Origin: the human T2T-CHM13v2.0 reference genome, Homo sapiens
Reading direction: 5' to 3'
Length of the DNA: 64,000 bases
NCBI GenBank assembly: GCA_009914755.4
Contig: CP086569.2
Span: forward strand, 32,832,001 to 32,896,000
Position numbers and translations under genes: made by a program. Shown here piece after piece: positions 19,190 to 40,656 of the stretch. The number at the start of each line of letters is the position of its first letter. Position 1 is the first letter of the stretch. The notes under the pieces are model-generated. The model was not told the DNA's origin. It did no database searches and was given only the letters and a program-made list of their open reading frames with translations.

Positions 19190-21292
19190 AGATCCATATT
19201 TTTTAAATGAAAAAAAATTTCAAAGGTACTCTGCTTGGTACAATAATCAAATGTATAAACTGAGGAATAAAACATAACCATGAAACCTACTTATAACTGC
19301 ATATGGAAAATACAGAGGATAATTTTTTAAATAACATATTTTGAAAGCCTTAACTAGTAATTTGAAGAGTTGGTATTTGAAAGGCCAGTATGAATATACC
19401 TTCAAAGCAGCAACACAGGTTCCCCATGAGAAAAAGCAAACTCAGGGAAAATAAAACCACAAAGGTTCAATCTCTTCTGACCTTTGAAAGACACAGCACA
19501 GACAGTGGTCCTTAGGACGAAGAGCAGGAGACCCCTAATTCCGTCACCATGGCGATAGGGCATAAACACTGCTGGGTGAGGGCACAATCCACATTGTGAG
19601 GTCCAACTGCTGCCAGGAAGACAGGAGTGCTTTTACATAGACCGAAAGGTCATTGAAGGCTCAGAGTTTTGTTTCAAGAACTGAATCCCAAGCCCACACG
19701 TTATTAGGCTGCGCTTCTTAAAACAAGTTATGAGATGGGAAAAAGGGCACCCACAAACATACGTATACATTATGTATATAATAATATACAATATCATATA
19801 TATAATATATATAACCTATGTATAATATTGTTTTACATCCTGCATCTTATATTATATATATTGTATAAAATACAATAATTGATAATATATAAGTTTTATA
19901 TTTATACAATATGACATATAGTATAAATTATAATTTATGACATATAATATATATGTTATATATCATATATAGAATATATTATACGGTTAATATACGTATT
20001 AAATATAAATTATACATTATATATATTATATATAATATATCTGCTATATATAATACGCATTATGCATATTATATATATTATGTCTATGTTATATATAGTA
20101 TAAAACAACATATAATAATATATAATTGTATATATAAAATGCGACATATAATATATAATATATTTTATGACATATGTAATATATATTATATATTATATAT
20201 AATACGTTGTATGTATAATACCTATATTAAATATATATTATATGACTATGTTATTAATTACATGTCACATATGTTATATATTATATATTTTACATAGAAT
20301 GTACCGGTTACATACAATATATACTATGTTACCTATAATGTATAATTTATTACATGTAAAATAAAGAATGCAATATATTATGTATAATTTATAATATACA
20401 ATATGTGGAATGTGATATATATAACATATAATATATGATATATGATATACAGTATATGATATATAACATACAATATATGATACCTAACATATATGGTATA
20501 CAATATATATTTTATGATATGTATTCTCTATGTTTTATATTCTCTTATATATAACTATTTGAAATTATATATAACTGAGTAATATTTTATGTAAATATGT
20601 AATATAATATATATAACTATATAATATATTATATATAACTATATATTATGTTATATATACTTTTATAACATAATTTACATAAAATATCATAATATAATAT
20701 ATATTATATTATTTCATATTACATAATATATATTACATATCACCCAATATAAGTAACATACATAATATTATAATATAGATTATATTATGTTATATTAAAT
20801 ATCATATATATCATGTATCATATATTCTATAATATATATTATACATTATATAATATGTATGTTGTCTATTATGTGATATATATAACTATATATATAATTA
20901 TTTTATTATACATATAACTAGATAAACATGTAATTCTACATATTTTCATTTATAATATATAGAATTATATAATCATATATAATTATTTATATTCTATAAA
21001 AAATTATATCATTATATAAATTATAATATATAAAAATTATAATATGTACTACAAATATATATTATATATCATATATGATATAGTACCTTTGTTATATATC
21101 ATAATACATATAAATGTGTATTATGTTATCTATAATTACATAATTTCATATATAAGATGTATAATATTTATTATATATTATATATGTTATGTAATATATA
21201 TAGTATATATAAGATGAGACAGGATAAATATTATATACTATGACATATAAAATATATGATGTTATATGTTACATATAAGGCATAGCACATAA

Positions 21293-21607
<315 letters not shown>

Positions 21608-23710
21608 AGATCCATATTTTTTAAATGAAAAAAAATTTCAAAGGTACTCTGCTTGGTACAATAATCAAATGTATAAACTGAGGAATAAAACATAACCATG
21701 AAACCTACTTATAACTGCATATGGAAAATACAGAGGATAATTTTTTAAATAACATATTTTGAAAGCCTTAACTAGTAATTTGAAGAGTTGGCATTTGAAA
21801 GGCCAGTATGAATATACCTTCAAAGCAGCAACACAGGTTCCCCATGAGAAAAAGCAAACTCAGGGAAAATAAAACCACAAAGGTTCAATCTCTTCTGACC
21901 TTTGAAAGACACAGCACAAACAGTGGTCCTTAGGACGAAGAGCAGGAGACCCATAATTCCGTCACCATGGCGATAGGGCATAAACACTGCTGGGTGAGGG
22001 CACAATCCACATTGTGAGGTCCAACTGCTGCCAGGAAGACAGGAGTGCTTTTACATAGACCGAAAGGTCATTGAAGGCTCAGAGTTTTGTTTCAAGAACT
22101 GAATCCCAAGCCCACACGTTATTAGGCTGCGCTTCTTAAAACAAGTTATGAGATGGGAAAAAGGGCACCCACAGACATACGTATACATTATGTGTATAAT
22201 AATATACAGTAACATATATATAATATATATAACCTATGTATAATATTGTTTTACATCCTGCATCTTATACTATATATATTGTATAAAATATAATAATTGA
22301 TAATATATAAATTTTATATTTATACAATATGACATATAGTATATATTATAATTTATGACATATATAATATATGTTATATATCATATATAGAATATATTAT
22401 ACGGTTAAAATACGTATTAAATATAAATTATACATTATATATATTATATATAATATATCTGTTATATATAATACCCATTATGCATAATATATATATTATG
22501 TCTATGTTATATATAGTATAAAACAACATATAATAATATATAATTGTATATATAAAATGCGACATATAATATATATTATATTTTATGACATATGTAATAT
22601 ATATTATATATTATATATAATACGTTGTATGTATAATAACTATATTAAATATATGTTATATGACTGTGTTATTAACTACATGTCACATATGTTATATATT
22701 ATATATTTTACATAGAATATACCGGTTACATACAATATATACTATGTTACGTATAATGTATAATTTATTACATGTAAAATAAAGAATGCAATATATTATG
22801 TGCAATTTATAATATACAATATGTGGAATGTGATATATATAACATATAATATATGATATATGATATACAGTATATGATATATAACATACGATATATGATA
22901 CCTAATATATATGGTATACAATATATATTTTATGATATGTATTCTATATGTTTTATATTCTGTTATATATAACTATTTGAAATTATATATAACTGTATAA
23001 TATTTTATGTAAATATGTAATATAATATATATAAATATATAATATATTATATATAACTATATATTATGTTATATATACTTTTATAACATAATTTACATAA
23101 AATATCATAATATAATATATACTATATTATTTCACATTACATAATATATATTACGTATCACCCAATATAAGTAACATACCTAATATTATAATATAGATTA
23201 TATTATGTTATATTAAATATCATATATATCATGTATCATATATTCTATAATATATATTATACATTATATAATATGTATGTTGTCTATTATGTGATATATA
23301 TAACTATATATAATTATATTATTATACATATAACTAGATAAACATGTAATTCTACATATTTTCATTTATAATATATAGAATTATATAATCATATATAATT
23401 ATTTATATTCTATAAAAAATTATATCATTATATAAATTATAATATATAAAAATTATAATATGTACTACAAATATATATATTATATATCATATATGATATA
23501 GTACCATTGTTATATATCATTATACATATAAATGTGTATTATGATATCTATAATTATATAATTTCATATATAAGTTGTATAATATGTATTATATATTATA
23601 TATATTATGTAATATATATAGTATATATAAGATGACACAGGATAAATATTATATACTATGACATATAAAATATATGAGGTTATATGTTACATATAAGGCA
23701 TAGCACATAA

Positions 23711-24025
<315 letters not shown>

Positions 24026-26130
24026 AGATCCATATTTTTTAAATGAAAAAAACTTTCAAAGGTACTCTGCTTGGTACAATAATCAAATGTATAAACTGAG
24101 GAATAAAACATAACCATGAAACCTACTTATAACTGCATATGGAAAATACAGAAGATAATTTTTTAAATAACATATTTTGAAAGCCTTAACTAGTAATTTG
24201 AAGAGTTGGCATTTGAAAGGCCAGTATGAATATACCTTCAAAGCAGCAACACAGGTTCCCCTTGAGAAAAATCAAACTCAGGGAAAATAAAACCACAAAG
24301 GTTCAATCTCTTCTGACCATTGAAAGACACAGCACAGACAGTGGTCCTTAGGACGAAGAGCAGGAGACCCCTAATTCCGTCACCATGGCGATAGGGCATA
24401 AACACTGCTGGGTGAGGGCACAATCCACATTGTGAGGTCCAACTGCTGCCAGGAAGACAGGAGTGCTTTTACATAGACCGAAAAGTCATTGAAGGCTCAG
24501 AGTTTTGTTTCAAGAACTGAATCCCAAGCCCACACGTTATTAGGCTGCGCTTCTTAAAACAAGTTATGAGATGGGAAAAAGGGCACCCACAGACATACGT
24601 ATACATTATGTATATAATAATATACAGTATCATATATATAATATATATAACCTATGTATAATATTGTTTTACATCCTGCATCTTATACTATATATATTGT
24701 ATAAAATATAATAATTGATAATATATAAATTTTATATTTATACAATATGACATATAGTATATATTATAATTTATGACATATATAATATATGTTATATATC
24801 ATATATAGAATATATTATACGGTTAATATACGTATTAAATATAAATTATACATTATATATATTATATATAATATATCTGTTATATATAATACCAATTATG
24901 CATAATATATATATTATGTCTATGTTATATATAGTATAAAACAACATATAATAATATATAATTGTATATATAAAATGCGACATATAATATATATTATATT
25001 TTATGACATATGTAATATATATTATATATTATATATAATACGTTGTATGTATAATACCTATATTAAATATATGTTATATGACTGTGTTATTAATTACATG
25101 TCACATATGTTATATATTATATATTTTACATAGAATATACCGGTTACATACAATATATACTATGTTACGTATAATGTATAATTTATTACATGTAAAATAA
25201 AGAATGCAATATATTATGTGCAATTTATAATATACAATATGTGGAATGTGATATATATAACATATAATATATGATATATGATATACAGTATATGATATAT
25301 AACATACAATATATGATACCTAATATATATGGTATACAATATATATTTTATGATATGTATTCTATATGTTTTATATTCTGTTATATATAACTATTTGAAA
25401 TTATATATAACTGTATAATATTTTATGTAAATATGTAATATAATATATATAAATATATAATATATTATATATAACTATATATTATGTTATATATACTTTT
25501 ATAACATAATTTACATAAAATATCATAATATAATATATACTATATTATTTCACATTACATAATATATATTACGTATCACCCAATATAAGTAACATACCTA
25601 ATATTATAATATAGATTATATTATGTTATATTAAATATCATATATATCATGTATCATATATTCTATAATATATATTATACATTATATAATATGTATGTTG
25701 TCTATTATGTGATATATATAACTATATATATAATTATATTATTATACATATAACTAGATAAACATGTAATTCTACATATTTTCATTTATAATATATAGAA
25801 TTATATAATCATATATAATTATTTATATTCTATAATAAATTATATCATTATATAAATTATAATATATAAAAATTATAATATGTACTACAAATATATATAT
25901 TACATATCATATATGATATAGTACCATTGTTATATATCATAATACATATAAATGTGTATTATGATATCTATAATTATATAATTTCATATATAAGATGTAT
26001 AATATGTATTATATATTATATATGTTATGTAATATATATAGTATATATAAGATGACACAGGATAAATATTATATACTATGACATATAAAATATATGAGGT
26101 TATATGTTACATATAAGGCATAGCACATAA

Positions 26131-26445
<315 letters not shown>

Positions 26446-28550
26446 AGATCCATATTTTTTAAATGAAAAAAAATTTCAAAGGTACTCTGCTTGGTACAAT
26501 AATCAAATGTATAAACTGAGGAATAAAACATAACCATGAAACCTACTTATAACTGCATATGGAAAATACAGAGGATAATTTTTTAAATAACATATTTTGA
26601 AAGTCTTAACTAGTAATTTGAAGAGTTGGCATTTGAAAGGCCAGTATGAATATACCTTCAAAGCAGCAACACAGGTTCCCCTTGAGAAAAATCAAACTCA
26701 GGGAAAATAAAACCACAAAGGTTCAATCTCTTTTGACCATTGAAAGACACAGCACAGACAGTGGTCCTTAGGACGAAGAGCAGGAGACCCCTAATTCCGT
26801 CACCATGGCGATAGGGCATAAACACTGCTGGGTGAGGGCACAATCCACATTGTGAGGTCCAACTGCTGCCAGGAAGACAGGAGTGCTTTTACATAGACCG
26901 AAAGGTCATTGAAGGCTCAGAGTTTTGTTTCAAGAACTGAATCCCAAACCCACACGTTATTAGGCTGTGCTTCTTAAAACAAGTTATGAGATGGGAAAAA
27001 GGGCACCCACAAACATACGTATACATTATGTATATAATAATATACAGTATCATATATATAATATATATAACCTATGTATAATATTGTTTTACATCCTGCA
27101 TCTTATATTATATATATTGTATAAAATATAATTATTGATAATATATAAATTTTATATTTATACATTATGACATATAGTATATATTATAATTTATGACATA
27201 TATAATATATGTTATATATCATATATAGAATATATTATACGGTTAATATACGTATTAAATATAAATTATACATTATATATATTATATATAATATATCTGT
27301 TATATATAATACCCATTATGCATAATATATATATTATGTCTATGTTATATATAGTATAAAACAACATATAATAATAAATAATTGTATATATAAAATGCGA
27401 CATATAATATATATTATATTTTATGACATATGTAATATATATTATATATTATATATAATACGTTGTATGTTTAATACCTATAATAAATATATATTATATG
27501 ACTATGTTATTAATTACATGTCACATGTGTTATATATTATATATTTTACATAGAATATACCGGTTACATACAATATATACTATGTTACCTATAATGTATA
27601 TTTTATTACATGTGAAATAAAGAATGCAATATATTATGTATAATTTATAATATACAATATGTGGAATGTGATATATATAACATATAATATATGATATATG
27701 ATATACAGTATATGATATATAACATACAATATATGATACCTAATATATATGGTATACAATATATATTTTATGATATGTATTCCATATGTTTTATATTCTG
27801 TTATAAATAATTATTTGAAATTATATATAACTGTATAATATTTTATGTAAATATGTAATATAATATATATAACTATATAATATATTATATATAACTATAT
27901 ATTATGTTATATATACTTTTATAACATAATTTACATAAAATATCATAATATAATATATATTATATTATTTCATATTACATAATATATATTACATATCACC
28001 CAATATAAGTAACATACATAATATTATAATATAGATTATATTATGTTATATTAAATATCATATATATCATGTATCATATTATCTATAATATATATTATAC
28101 ATTATATAATATGTATGTTGTCTATTATGTGATATACATAACTATATATATAATTATATTATTATACATATAACTAGATAAACATGTAATTCTACATATT
28201 TTCATTTATAATATATAGAATTATATAATCATATATAATTATTTATATTCTATAAAAAATTATATCGTTATATAAATTATAATATGTAAAAATTATAATA
28301 CGTACTACAAATATATATATTATATATCATATATGATATGGTACCTTTGTTATATATCATAATACATATAAATGTGTATTATGTTATCTATAATTATATA
28401 ATTTCATATATAAGATGTATAATATTTATTATATATTATATATGTTATGTAATATATATAGTATATATAAGATGACACAGGATAAATATTATATACTATG
28501 ACATATAAAATATATGAGGTTATATGTTACATATAAGGCATAGCACATAA

Positions 28551-28865
<315 letters not shown>

Positions 28866-30969
28866 AGATCCATATTTTTTAAATGAAAAAAAATTTCAAA
28901 GGTACTCTGCTTGGTACAATAATCAAGTGTATAAACTGAGGAATAAAACATAACCATGAAACCTACTTATAACTGCATATGGAAAATACAGAGGATAATT
29001 TTTTAAATAACATATTTTGAAAGCCTTAACTAGTAATTTGAAGAGTTGGCATTTGAAAGGCCAGTATGAATATACCTTCAAAGCAGCAACACAGGTTCCC
29101 CATGAGAAAAAGCAAACTCAGGGAAAATAAAACCACAAAGGTTCAATGTCTTCTGACCTTTGAAAGACACAGCACAGACAGTGGCCCTTAGGACGAAGAG
29201 CTGGAGACCCCTAATTCCGTCACCATGGCGATAGGGCATAAACATTGCTGGGTGAGGGCACAATCCACATTGTGAGGTCCAAGTGCTGCCAGGAAGACAG
29301 GAGTGCTTTTACATAGACCGAAAGGTCATTGAAGGCTCAGAGTTTTGTTTCAAGAACTGAATCCCAAGCCCACACGTTATTACGCTGCGCTTCTTAAAAC
29401 AAGTTATGAGATGGGAAAAAGGGCACCCACAAACATACGTATACATTATGTATATAATAATATACAGTATCATATATAAAATATATATAACCTATGTATA
29501 ATATTGTTTTACATCCTGCATCTTATATTATATATATTGTTTAAAATATAATAATTGATAATATATAAGTTTATATTTATACAATATGACATATAGTATA
29601 TATTTTAATTTATGACATATATAATATATGTTATATATCATATATAGAATATATTATACGGTTAATATACGTATTAAATATAAATTATACATTATATATA
29701 TTATATATAATATATCTGTTACATATAATACCCATTATGCATAATATATATATTATGTCTATGTTATATATAGTATAAAACAACATATAATAATATATAA
29801 TTGTATATATAAAATGAGACATATAATATATATTATATTTTATGACATATGTAATATATATTATATATTATATATAATACGTTGTATGTATAATACCTAT
29901 AATAAATATATATTATATGACTATGTTATTAATTACATGTCACATGTGTTATATATTATATATTTTACATAGAATATACCGGTTACATACAATATATACT
30001 ATGTTACCTATAATGTATAATTTATTACATGTAAAACAAAGAATGCAGTATATTATGTATAATTTATAATATACAATATGTGGAATGTGATATATATAAC
30101 ATATAATATATGATATATGATATACAGTATATGATATATACCATACAATATACGATACCTAATATATATGGTATACAATATATATTTTATGATATGTATT
30201 CTATATGTTCTATATTCTGTTATATATAACTATTTGAAATTATATATAACTGTATAATATTTTATGTAAATATGTAATATAATATATATAACTATATAAT
30301 ATATTATATATAACTATATATTATGTTATATATACTTTTATAACATAATTTATATAAAATATCATAATATAATATATATTATATTATTTCATATTACATA
30401 ATATATATTACATATCACCAAATATAAGTAACATACATAATATTATAATATAGATTATATTATGTTATATTAAATATCATATATATCATGTATCATATAT
30501 TCTATAATATATATTATACATTATATAATATGTATGTTGTCTATTATGTGATATATATAACAATATATATAATTATATTATTATACATATAACTAGATAA
30601 ACATGTAATTCTACATATTTTCATTTATAATATATAGAATTATATAATCATATATAATTATTTATATTCTATAAAAAATTATATCATTATATAAATTATA
30701 ATATATAAAAATTATAATATGTACTACAAATATATATATTATATATCATATATGATATAGTACCTTTGTTATATATCATAATACATATAAATGTGTATTA
30801 TGTTATCTATAATTATATAATTTCATATATAAGATGTATAATATTTATTATATATTATATATGTTATGTAATATATATAGTATATATAAGATGAGACAGG
30901 ATAAATATTATATACTATGACATATAAAATATATGAGGTTATATGTTACATATAAGGCATAGCACATAA

Positions 30970-31284
<315 letters not shown>

Positions 31285-33389
31285 AGATCCATATTTTTTA
31301 AATGAAAAAAAATTTCAAAGGTACTCTGCTTGGTACAATAATCAAATGTATAAACTGAGGAATAAAACATAACCATGAAACCTACTTATAACTGCATATG
31401 GAAAATACAGAGGATAATTTTTTAAATAACATATTTTGAAAGCCTTAACTAGTAATTTGAAGAGTTGGCATTTGAAAGGCCAGTATGAATATACCTTCAA
31501 AGCAGCAACACAGGTTCCCCATGAGAAAAAGCAAACTCAGGGAAAATAAAACCACAAAGGTTCAATCTCTTCTGACCTTTGAAAGACACAGCACAGACAG
31601 TGGTCCTTAGGACGAAGAGCAGGAGACCCCTAATTCCGTCACCATGGCGATAGGGCATAAACATTGCTGGGTGAGGGCACAATCCACATTGTGAGGTCCA
31701 ACTGCTGCCAGGAAGACAGGAGTGCTTTTACATAGACCGAAAGGTCATTGAAGGCTCAGAGTTTTGTTTCAAGAACTGAATCCCAAGCCCACACGTTATT
31801 AGGCTGCGCTTCTTAAAACAAGTTATGAGATGGGAAAAAGGGCACCCAAAAACATACGTATACATTATGTATATAATAATATACAGTATCATATATATAA
31901 TATATATAACCTATGTATAATATTGTTTTACATCCTGCATCTTATATTATATATATTGTATAAAATACAATAATTGATAATATATAAGTTTTATATTTAT
32001 ACAATATGATATATAGTATAAATTATAATTTATGACATATAATATATATGTTATATATCATATATAGAATATATTATACGGTTAATATACGTATTAAATA
32101 TAAATTATACATTATATATATTATATATAATATATCTGCTATATATAATACGCATTATGCATATTATATATATTATGTCTATGTTATATATAGTATAAAA
32201 CAACATATAATAATATATAATTGTATATATAAAATGCGACATATAATATATAATATATTTTATGACATATGTAATATATATTATATATTATATATAATAC
32301 GTTGTATGTATAATACCTATATTAAATATATATTATATGACTATGTTATTAATTACATGTCACATATGTTATATATTATATATTTTACATAGAATGTACC
32401 GGTTACATACAATATATACTATGTTACCTATAATGTATAATTTATTACATGTAAAATAAAGAATGCAATATATTATGTATAATTTATAATATACAATATG
32501 TGGAATGTGATATATATAACATATAATATATGATATATGATATACAGTATATGATATATAACATACAATATATGATACCTAACATATATGGTATACAATA
32601 TATATTTTATGATATGTATTCTCTATGTTTTATATTCTCTTATATATAACTATTTGAAATTATATATAACTGAGTAATATTTTATGTAAATATGTAATAT
32701 AATATATATAACTATATAATATATTATATATAACTATATATTATGTTATATATACTTTTATAACATAATTTACATAAAATATCATAATATAATATATATT
32801 ATATTATTTCATATTACATAATATATATTACATATCACCCAATATAAGTAACATACATAATATTATAATATAGATTATATTATGTTATATTAAATATCAT
32901 ATATATCATGTATCATATATTCTATAATATATATTATACATTATATAATATGTATGTTGTCTATTATGTGATATATATAACTATATATATAATTATATTA
33001 TTATACATATAACTAGATAAACATGTAATTCTACATATTTTCATTTATAATATATAGAATTATATAATCATATATAATTATTTATATTCTATAAAAAATT
33101 ATATCATTATATAAATTATAATATATAAAAATTATAATAAGTACTACAAATATATATATTATATATCATATATGATATAGTACCGTTGTTATATATCATA
33201 ATACATATAAATGTGTATTATGTTATCTATAATTATATAATTTCATATATAAGATGTATAATATTTATTATATATTATATATGTTATGTAATATATATAG
33301 TATATATAAGATGAGACAGGATAAATATTATATACTATGACATATAAAATATATGAGGTTATATGTTACATATAAGGCATAGCACATAA

Positions 33390-33704
<315 letters not shown>

Positions 33705-35804
33705 AGATCCATATTTTTTAAATGAAAAAAAATTTCAAAGGTACTCTGCTTGGTACAATAATCAAATGTATAAACTGAGGAATAAAACATAACCATGAAA
33801 CCTACTTATAACTGCATATGGAAAATACAGAGGATAATTTTTTAAATAACATATTTTGAAAGCCTTAACTAGTAATTTGAAGAGTTGGCATTTGAAAGGC
33901 CAGTATGAATATACCTTCAAAGCAGCAACACAGGTTCCCCATGAGAAAAAGCAAACTCAGGGAAAATAAAACCACAAAGGTTCAATCTCTTCTGACCTTT
34001 GAAAGACACAGCACAGACAGTGGTCCTTAGGACGAAGAGCAGGAGACCCCTAATTCCGTCACCATGGCGATAGGGCATAAACATTGCTGGGTGAGGGCAC
34101 AATCCACATTGTGAGGTCCAACTGCTGCCAGGAAGACAGGAGTGCTTTTACATAGACCGAAAGGTCATTGAAGGCTCAGAGTTTTGTTTCAAGAACTGAA
34201 TCCCAAGCCCACACGTTATTAGGCTGCGCTTCTTAAAACAAGCTATGAGATGGGAAAAAGGGCACCCACAAACATACGTATACATTATGTATACAATAAT
34301 ATACAGTATCATATATATAATATATATAACCTATGTATAATATTGTTTTACATCCTGCATCTTATACTATATATATTGTATAAAATATAATAATTGATAA
34401 TATATAAGTTTTATATTTATATTATATGACATATATTATATATTATAATTTATGATATATATATTATATGTTATATATCATATATAGAATATATTATACG
34501 GTTAATATACGTATTAAATATAAATTATATATTATATACATTATATATAATATATCTGTTATATATAATACCCATTATGCATAATATATATATTATGTCT
34601 ATGTTATATATAGTATAAAACAACATATAATAATATATAATTGTATATATAAAAGGTGACATATAATATATATTATATTTTATGACATATGTAATATATA
34701 TTATATATTATATATAATACGTTGTATGTATAATACCTATATTAAATATATATGATAGGACTATGTTATTAATTACATGTCACATGTGTTATATATTATA
34801 TGTTTTACATAGAATATAGTGGTTACATACAATATATACTATGTTACCTGTAATGTATAATTTATTACATGTAAAATAAAGAATGCAATATATTATGTAT
34901 AATTTATAATATACAATATGTGGAATGTGATATATATAACATACATGATATATGATATACAGTATATGATATATAACATACAATATATGATACCTAATAT
35001 ATATGGAATACAATATATATTTTATGATATGTATTCTATATGTTTTATATTCTGTTATATATAACTATTTGAAATTATATATAACTGTATAATATTTTAT
35101 GTAAATACGTAATATAATATATATAACTATATAATATATTATATATAACTATATATTATGTTATATATACTTTTATAACATAATTTACATAAAATATCAT
35201 AATATAATATATATTATATTATTTCATATTACATAATATATATTACATATCACCCAATATAAGTAACATACATAATATTATAATATAGATTATATTATGT
35301 TATATTAAATATCATATATATCATGTATCATATATTCTATAATATATATTATACATTATATAATATGTATGTTGTCTATTATGTGATATATATAACTATA
35401 TATATAATTAAATTATTATACATATAACTAGATAAACGTGTAATTCTACATATTTTCATTTATAATATATAGAATTATATAATCATATATAATTATTTAT
35501 ATTCTATAAAAAATTATATCATTATATAAATTATAATATATAAAAATTATAATATGTACTAAAAACAGATATATTATATATCATATATGATATAGTACCT
35601 TTGTTATATATCATAGTACATATAAATGTGTATTATGTTATCTATAATTATATAAATTCATATATAAGATGTATAATATGTATTATATATTATATATGTT
35701 ATGTAATATATATAGTATATATAAGATGACACAGGATAAATATTATATACTATGACATATAAAATATATGAGGTTATATGTTGCATATAAGGCATAGCAC
35801 ATAA

Positions 35805-36119
<315 letters not shown>

Positions 36120-38212
36120 AGATCCATATTTTTTAAATGAAAAAAAATTTCAAAGGTACTCTGCTTGGTACAATAATCAAATGTACAAACTGAGGAATAA
36201 AACATAACCATGAAAGCTACTTATAACTGCATATGGAAAATACAGAGGATAATTTTTTAAGTAACATATTTTGAAAGCCTTAACTAGTAATTTGAAGAGT
36301 TGGCATTTGAAAGGACAGTATGAATATACCTCCAAAGCAGCAACACAGGTTCCCCATGAGAAAAAGCAAACTCAGGGAAAATAAAACCACAAAGGTTCAA
36401 TCTCTTCTGACCTTTGAAAGACACAGCACAGACAGTGGTCCTTAGGACGAAGAGCAGGAGACCCCTAATTCCGTCACCATGGCGATAGGGCATAAACATT
36501 GCTGGGTGAGGGCACAATCCACATTGTGAGGTCCAACTGCTGCCAGGAAGACAGGAGTGCTTTTACATAGACCGAAAGGTCATTGAAGGCTCAGAGTTTT
36601 GTTTCAAGAACTGAATCCCAAGCCCACACGTTATTAGGCTGCGCTTCTTAAAACAAGTTATGAGATGGGAAAAAGGGCACCCACAAACATACGTATACAT
36701 TATGTATATAATAATATACAGTATCATATATATAATATATATAACCTATGTATAATATTGTTTTACATCCTGCATCTTATACTATATATATTGTATAAAA
36801 TATAATAATTGATAATATATAAGTTTTATATTTATAGAATATGACATATAGTATATATTATAATTTATGACATATATATTATAAGTTATATATCATATAT
36901 AGAATATATTATACGGTTAATATAAGTATTAAATATAAATTATATATTATATACATTATATGTAATATATCTGTTATATATAATACCCATTATGCATAAT
37001 ATATATATTATGTCTATGTTATATATAGTATAAAACAACATATAATAATATATAATTGTATATAAAAAATGTGACATATAATATATATTATATTTTATGA
37101 CATATGTAATATATATTATATATTATATATAATACGTTGTATGTATAATACCTATATTAAATATATATGATAGGACTATGTTATTAATTACATGTGACAT
37201 GTGTTATATATTATATATTTTACATAGAATATAGTGGTTACATACAATATATACTATGTTACCTGTAATGTATAATTTATTACATGTAAAATAAAGAATG
37301 CAATATATTATGTATAATTTATAATATACAATATGTGGAATGTGATATATATAACATACATGATATATGATATACAGTATATGATATATAACATACAATA
37401 TATGATACCTAATATATACGGAATACAATATATATTTTATGATATGTATTCTATATGTTTTATATTCTGTTATATATAACTATTTGAAATTATATATAAC
37501 TGTATAATATTTTATGTAAATATGTAATATAATATATATAACTATATAATATATTATATATAACTATATATTATGTTATATATACTTTTATAACATAATT
37601 TACATAAAATATCATAATATAATATATATTATATTATTTCATATTACATAATATATATTACATATCACCCAATATAAGTAACATACATAATATTATAATA
37701 TAGATTATATTATGTTATATTAAATATCATATATATCATGTATCATATATTCTATAATATATATTATACATTATATAATATGTATGTTGTCTATTATGTG
37801 ATATATATAACTATATATATAATTACATTATTATACATATAACTAGATAAACATGTAATTCTACATATTTTCATTTATAATATATAGAATTATATAATCA
37901 TATATAATTATTTATATTCTATAAAAAATTATATCATTATATAAATTATAATATATAAAAATTATAATATGTACTAAAAACAGATATATTATATATCATA
38001 TATGATATAGTACCTTTGTTATATATCATAGTACATATAAATGTGTATTATGTTATCTATAATTATATAAATTCATATATAAGATGTATAATATGTATTA
38101 TATATTATATATGTTATGTAATATATATAGTATATATAAGATGACACAGGATAAATATTATATACTATGACATATAAAATATATGAGGTTATATGTCGCA
38201 TATAAGGCATAG

Positions 38213-38533
<321 letters not shown>

Positions 38534-40656
38534 AGATCCATATTTTTTAAATGAAAAAAAATTTCAAAGGTACTCTGCTTGGTACAATAATCAAATGTAC
38601 AAACTGAGGAATAAAACATAACCATGAAAGCTACTTATAACTGCATATGGAAAATACAGAGGATAATTTTTTAAGTAACATATTTTGAAAGCCTTAACTA
38701 GTAATTTGAAGAGTTGGCATTTGAAAGGACAGTATGAATATACCTCCAAAGCAGCAACACAGGTTCCCCATGAGAAAAAGCAAACTCAGGGAAAATAAAA
38801 CCACAAAGGTTCAATCTCTTCTGACCTTTGAAAGACACAGCACAGACAGTGGTCCTTAGGACGAAGAGCAGGAGACCCCTAATTCCGTCACCATGGCGAT
38901 AGGGCATAAACATTGCTGGGTGAGGGCACAATCCACATTGTGAGGTCCAACTGCTGCCAGGAAGACAGGAGTGCTTTTACATAGACCGAAAGGTCATTGA
39001 AGGCTCAGAGTTTTGTTTCAAGAACTGAATCCCAAGCCCACACGTTATTAGGCTGCGCTTCTTAAAACAAGTTATGAGATGGGAAAAAGGGCACCCACAA
39101 ACATACGTATACATTATGTATATAATAATATACAGTATCATATATATAATATATATAACCTATGTATAATATTGTTTTACATCCTGCATCTTATGTTATA
39201 TATATTGTATAAAATATAATAATTGATAATATATAAGTTTTATAATTATACAATATGACATATAGTATATATTATAATTTATGACATATATAATATATGT
39301 TATATGTCATATATAGAATATATTTTAGGGTTAATATACGTATTAAATATAAATTATACATTATATATATTATATATATCTGTTATATATAATACCCATT
39401 ATGCATAATATATATATTATGTCTATGTTATATATAGTATAAAACAACATATAATAATATATAATTGTATATATAAAATGCGACATATAATATATATTAT
39501 ATTTTATAACATATGTAATATATATTATATATTATATATAATACGTTGTATGTATAATACCTATATTAAATATATATTATATGACTATGTTATTAATTAC
39601 ATGTCACATGTGTTATATATTATATATTTTACATAGAATATACCGGTTACATACAATATACACTATGTTACCTATAATGTATAATTTATTACATGTAAAA
39701 TAAAGAATGCAATATATTATGTATAATTTATAATATACAATATGTGGAATGTGATATATATAACATATAATATATGATATATGATATACAGTATATGATA
39801 TATAACATACAATATATGATTCCTAATATATATGGTATACAATATATATTTTATGATATGTATTCTATATGTTTTATATTCTGTTATATATAACTATTTG
39901 AAATTATATGTAACTGTATAATATTTTATGTAAATATGTAATATAATATATATAACTATATAATATATTATATATAACTATATATTATGTTATATATACT
40001 TTTATAACATAATTTACATAAAATATCATAACATAATATATATTATATTATTTCATATTACATAATATATATTACATATCACCCAATATAACTAACATAC
40101 ATAATATTATAATATAGATTATATTATGTTATATTAAATATCATATATATCATGTATCATATATTCTATAATATATATTACACATTATATAATATGTATG
40201 TTGTCTATTATGTGATATATATAACTCTATATATAATTATATTTTTATACATATAACTAGATAAACATGTAATTCTACATATTTTCATTTATAATATGTA
40301 GAATTATATAATCATATATAATTATTTATATTCTATAAAAAATTTTACCATTATATAAATTATAATATATAAAAATTATAATATGTACTACAAATATATA
40401 TATTATATATCATATATGATATAGTACCTTTGTTATATATCATAATACATATAAATGTGTATTATGTTATCTATAATTATATAATTTCATATATAAGATG
40501 TATAATATGTATCATATATTATATATGTTATGTAATATATATAGTATATATAAGATGACACAGGATAAATATTATATACTATGACATATAAAATATATGA
40601 GGTTATATGTTACATATAAGGCATAGCACATAACATGTAATATATATCATATATAA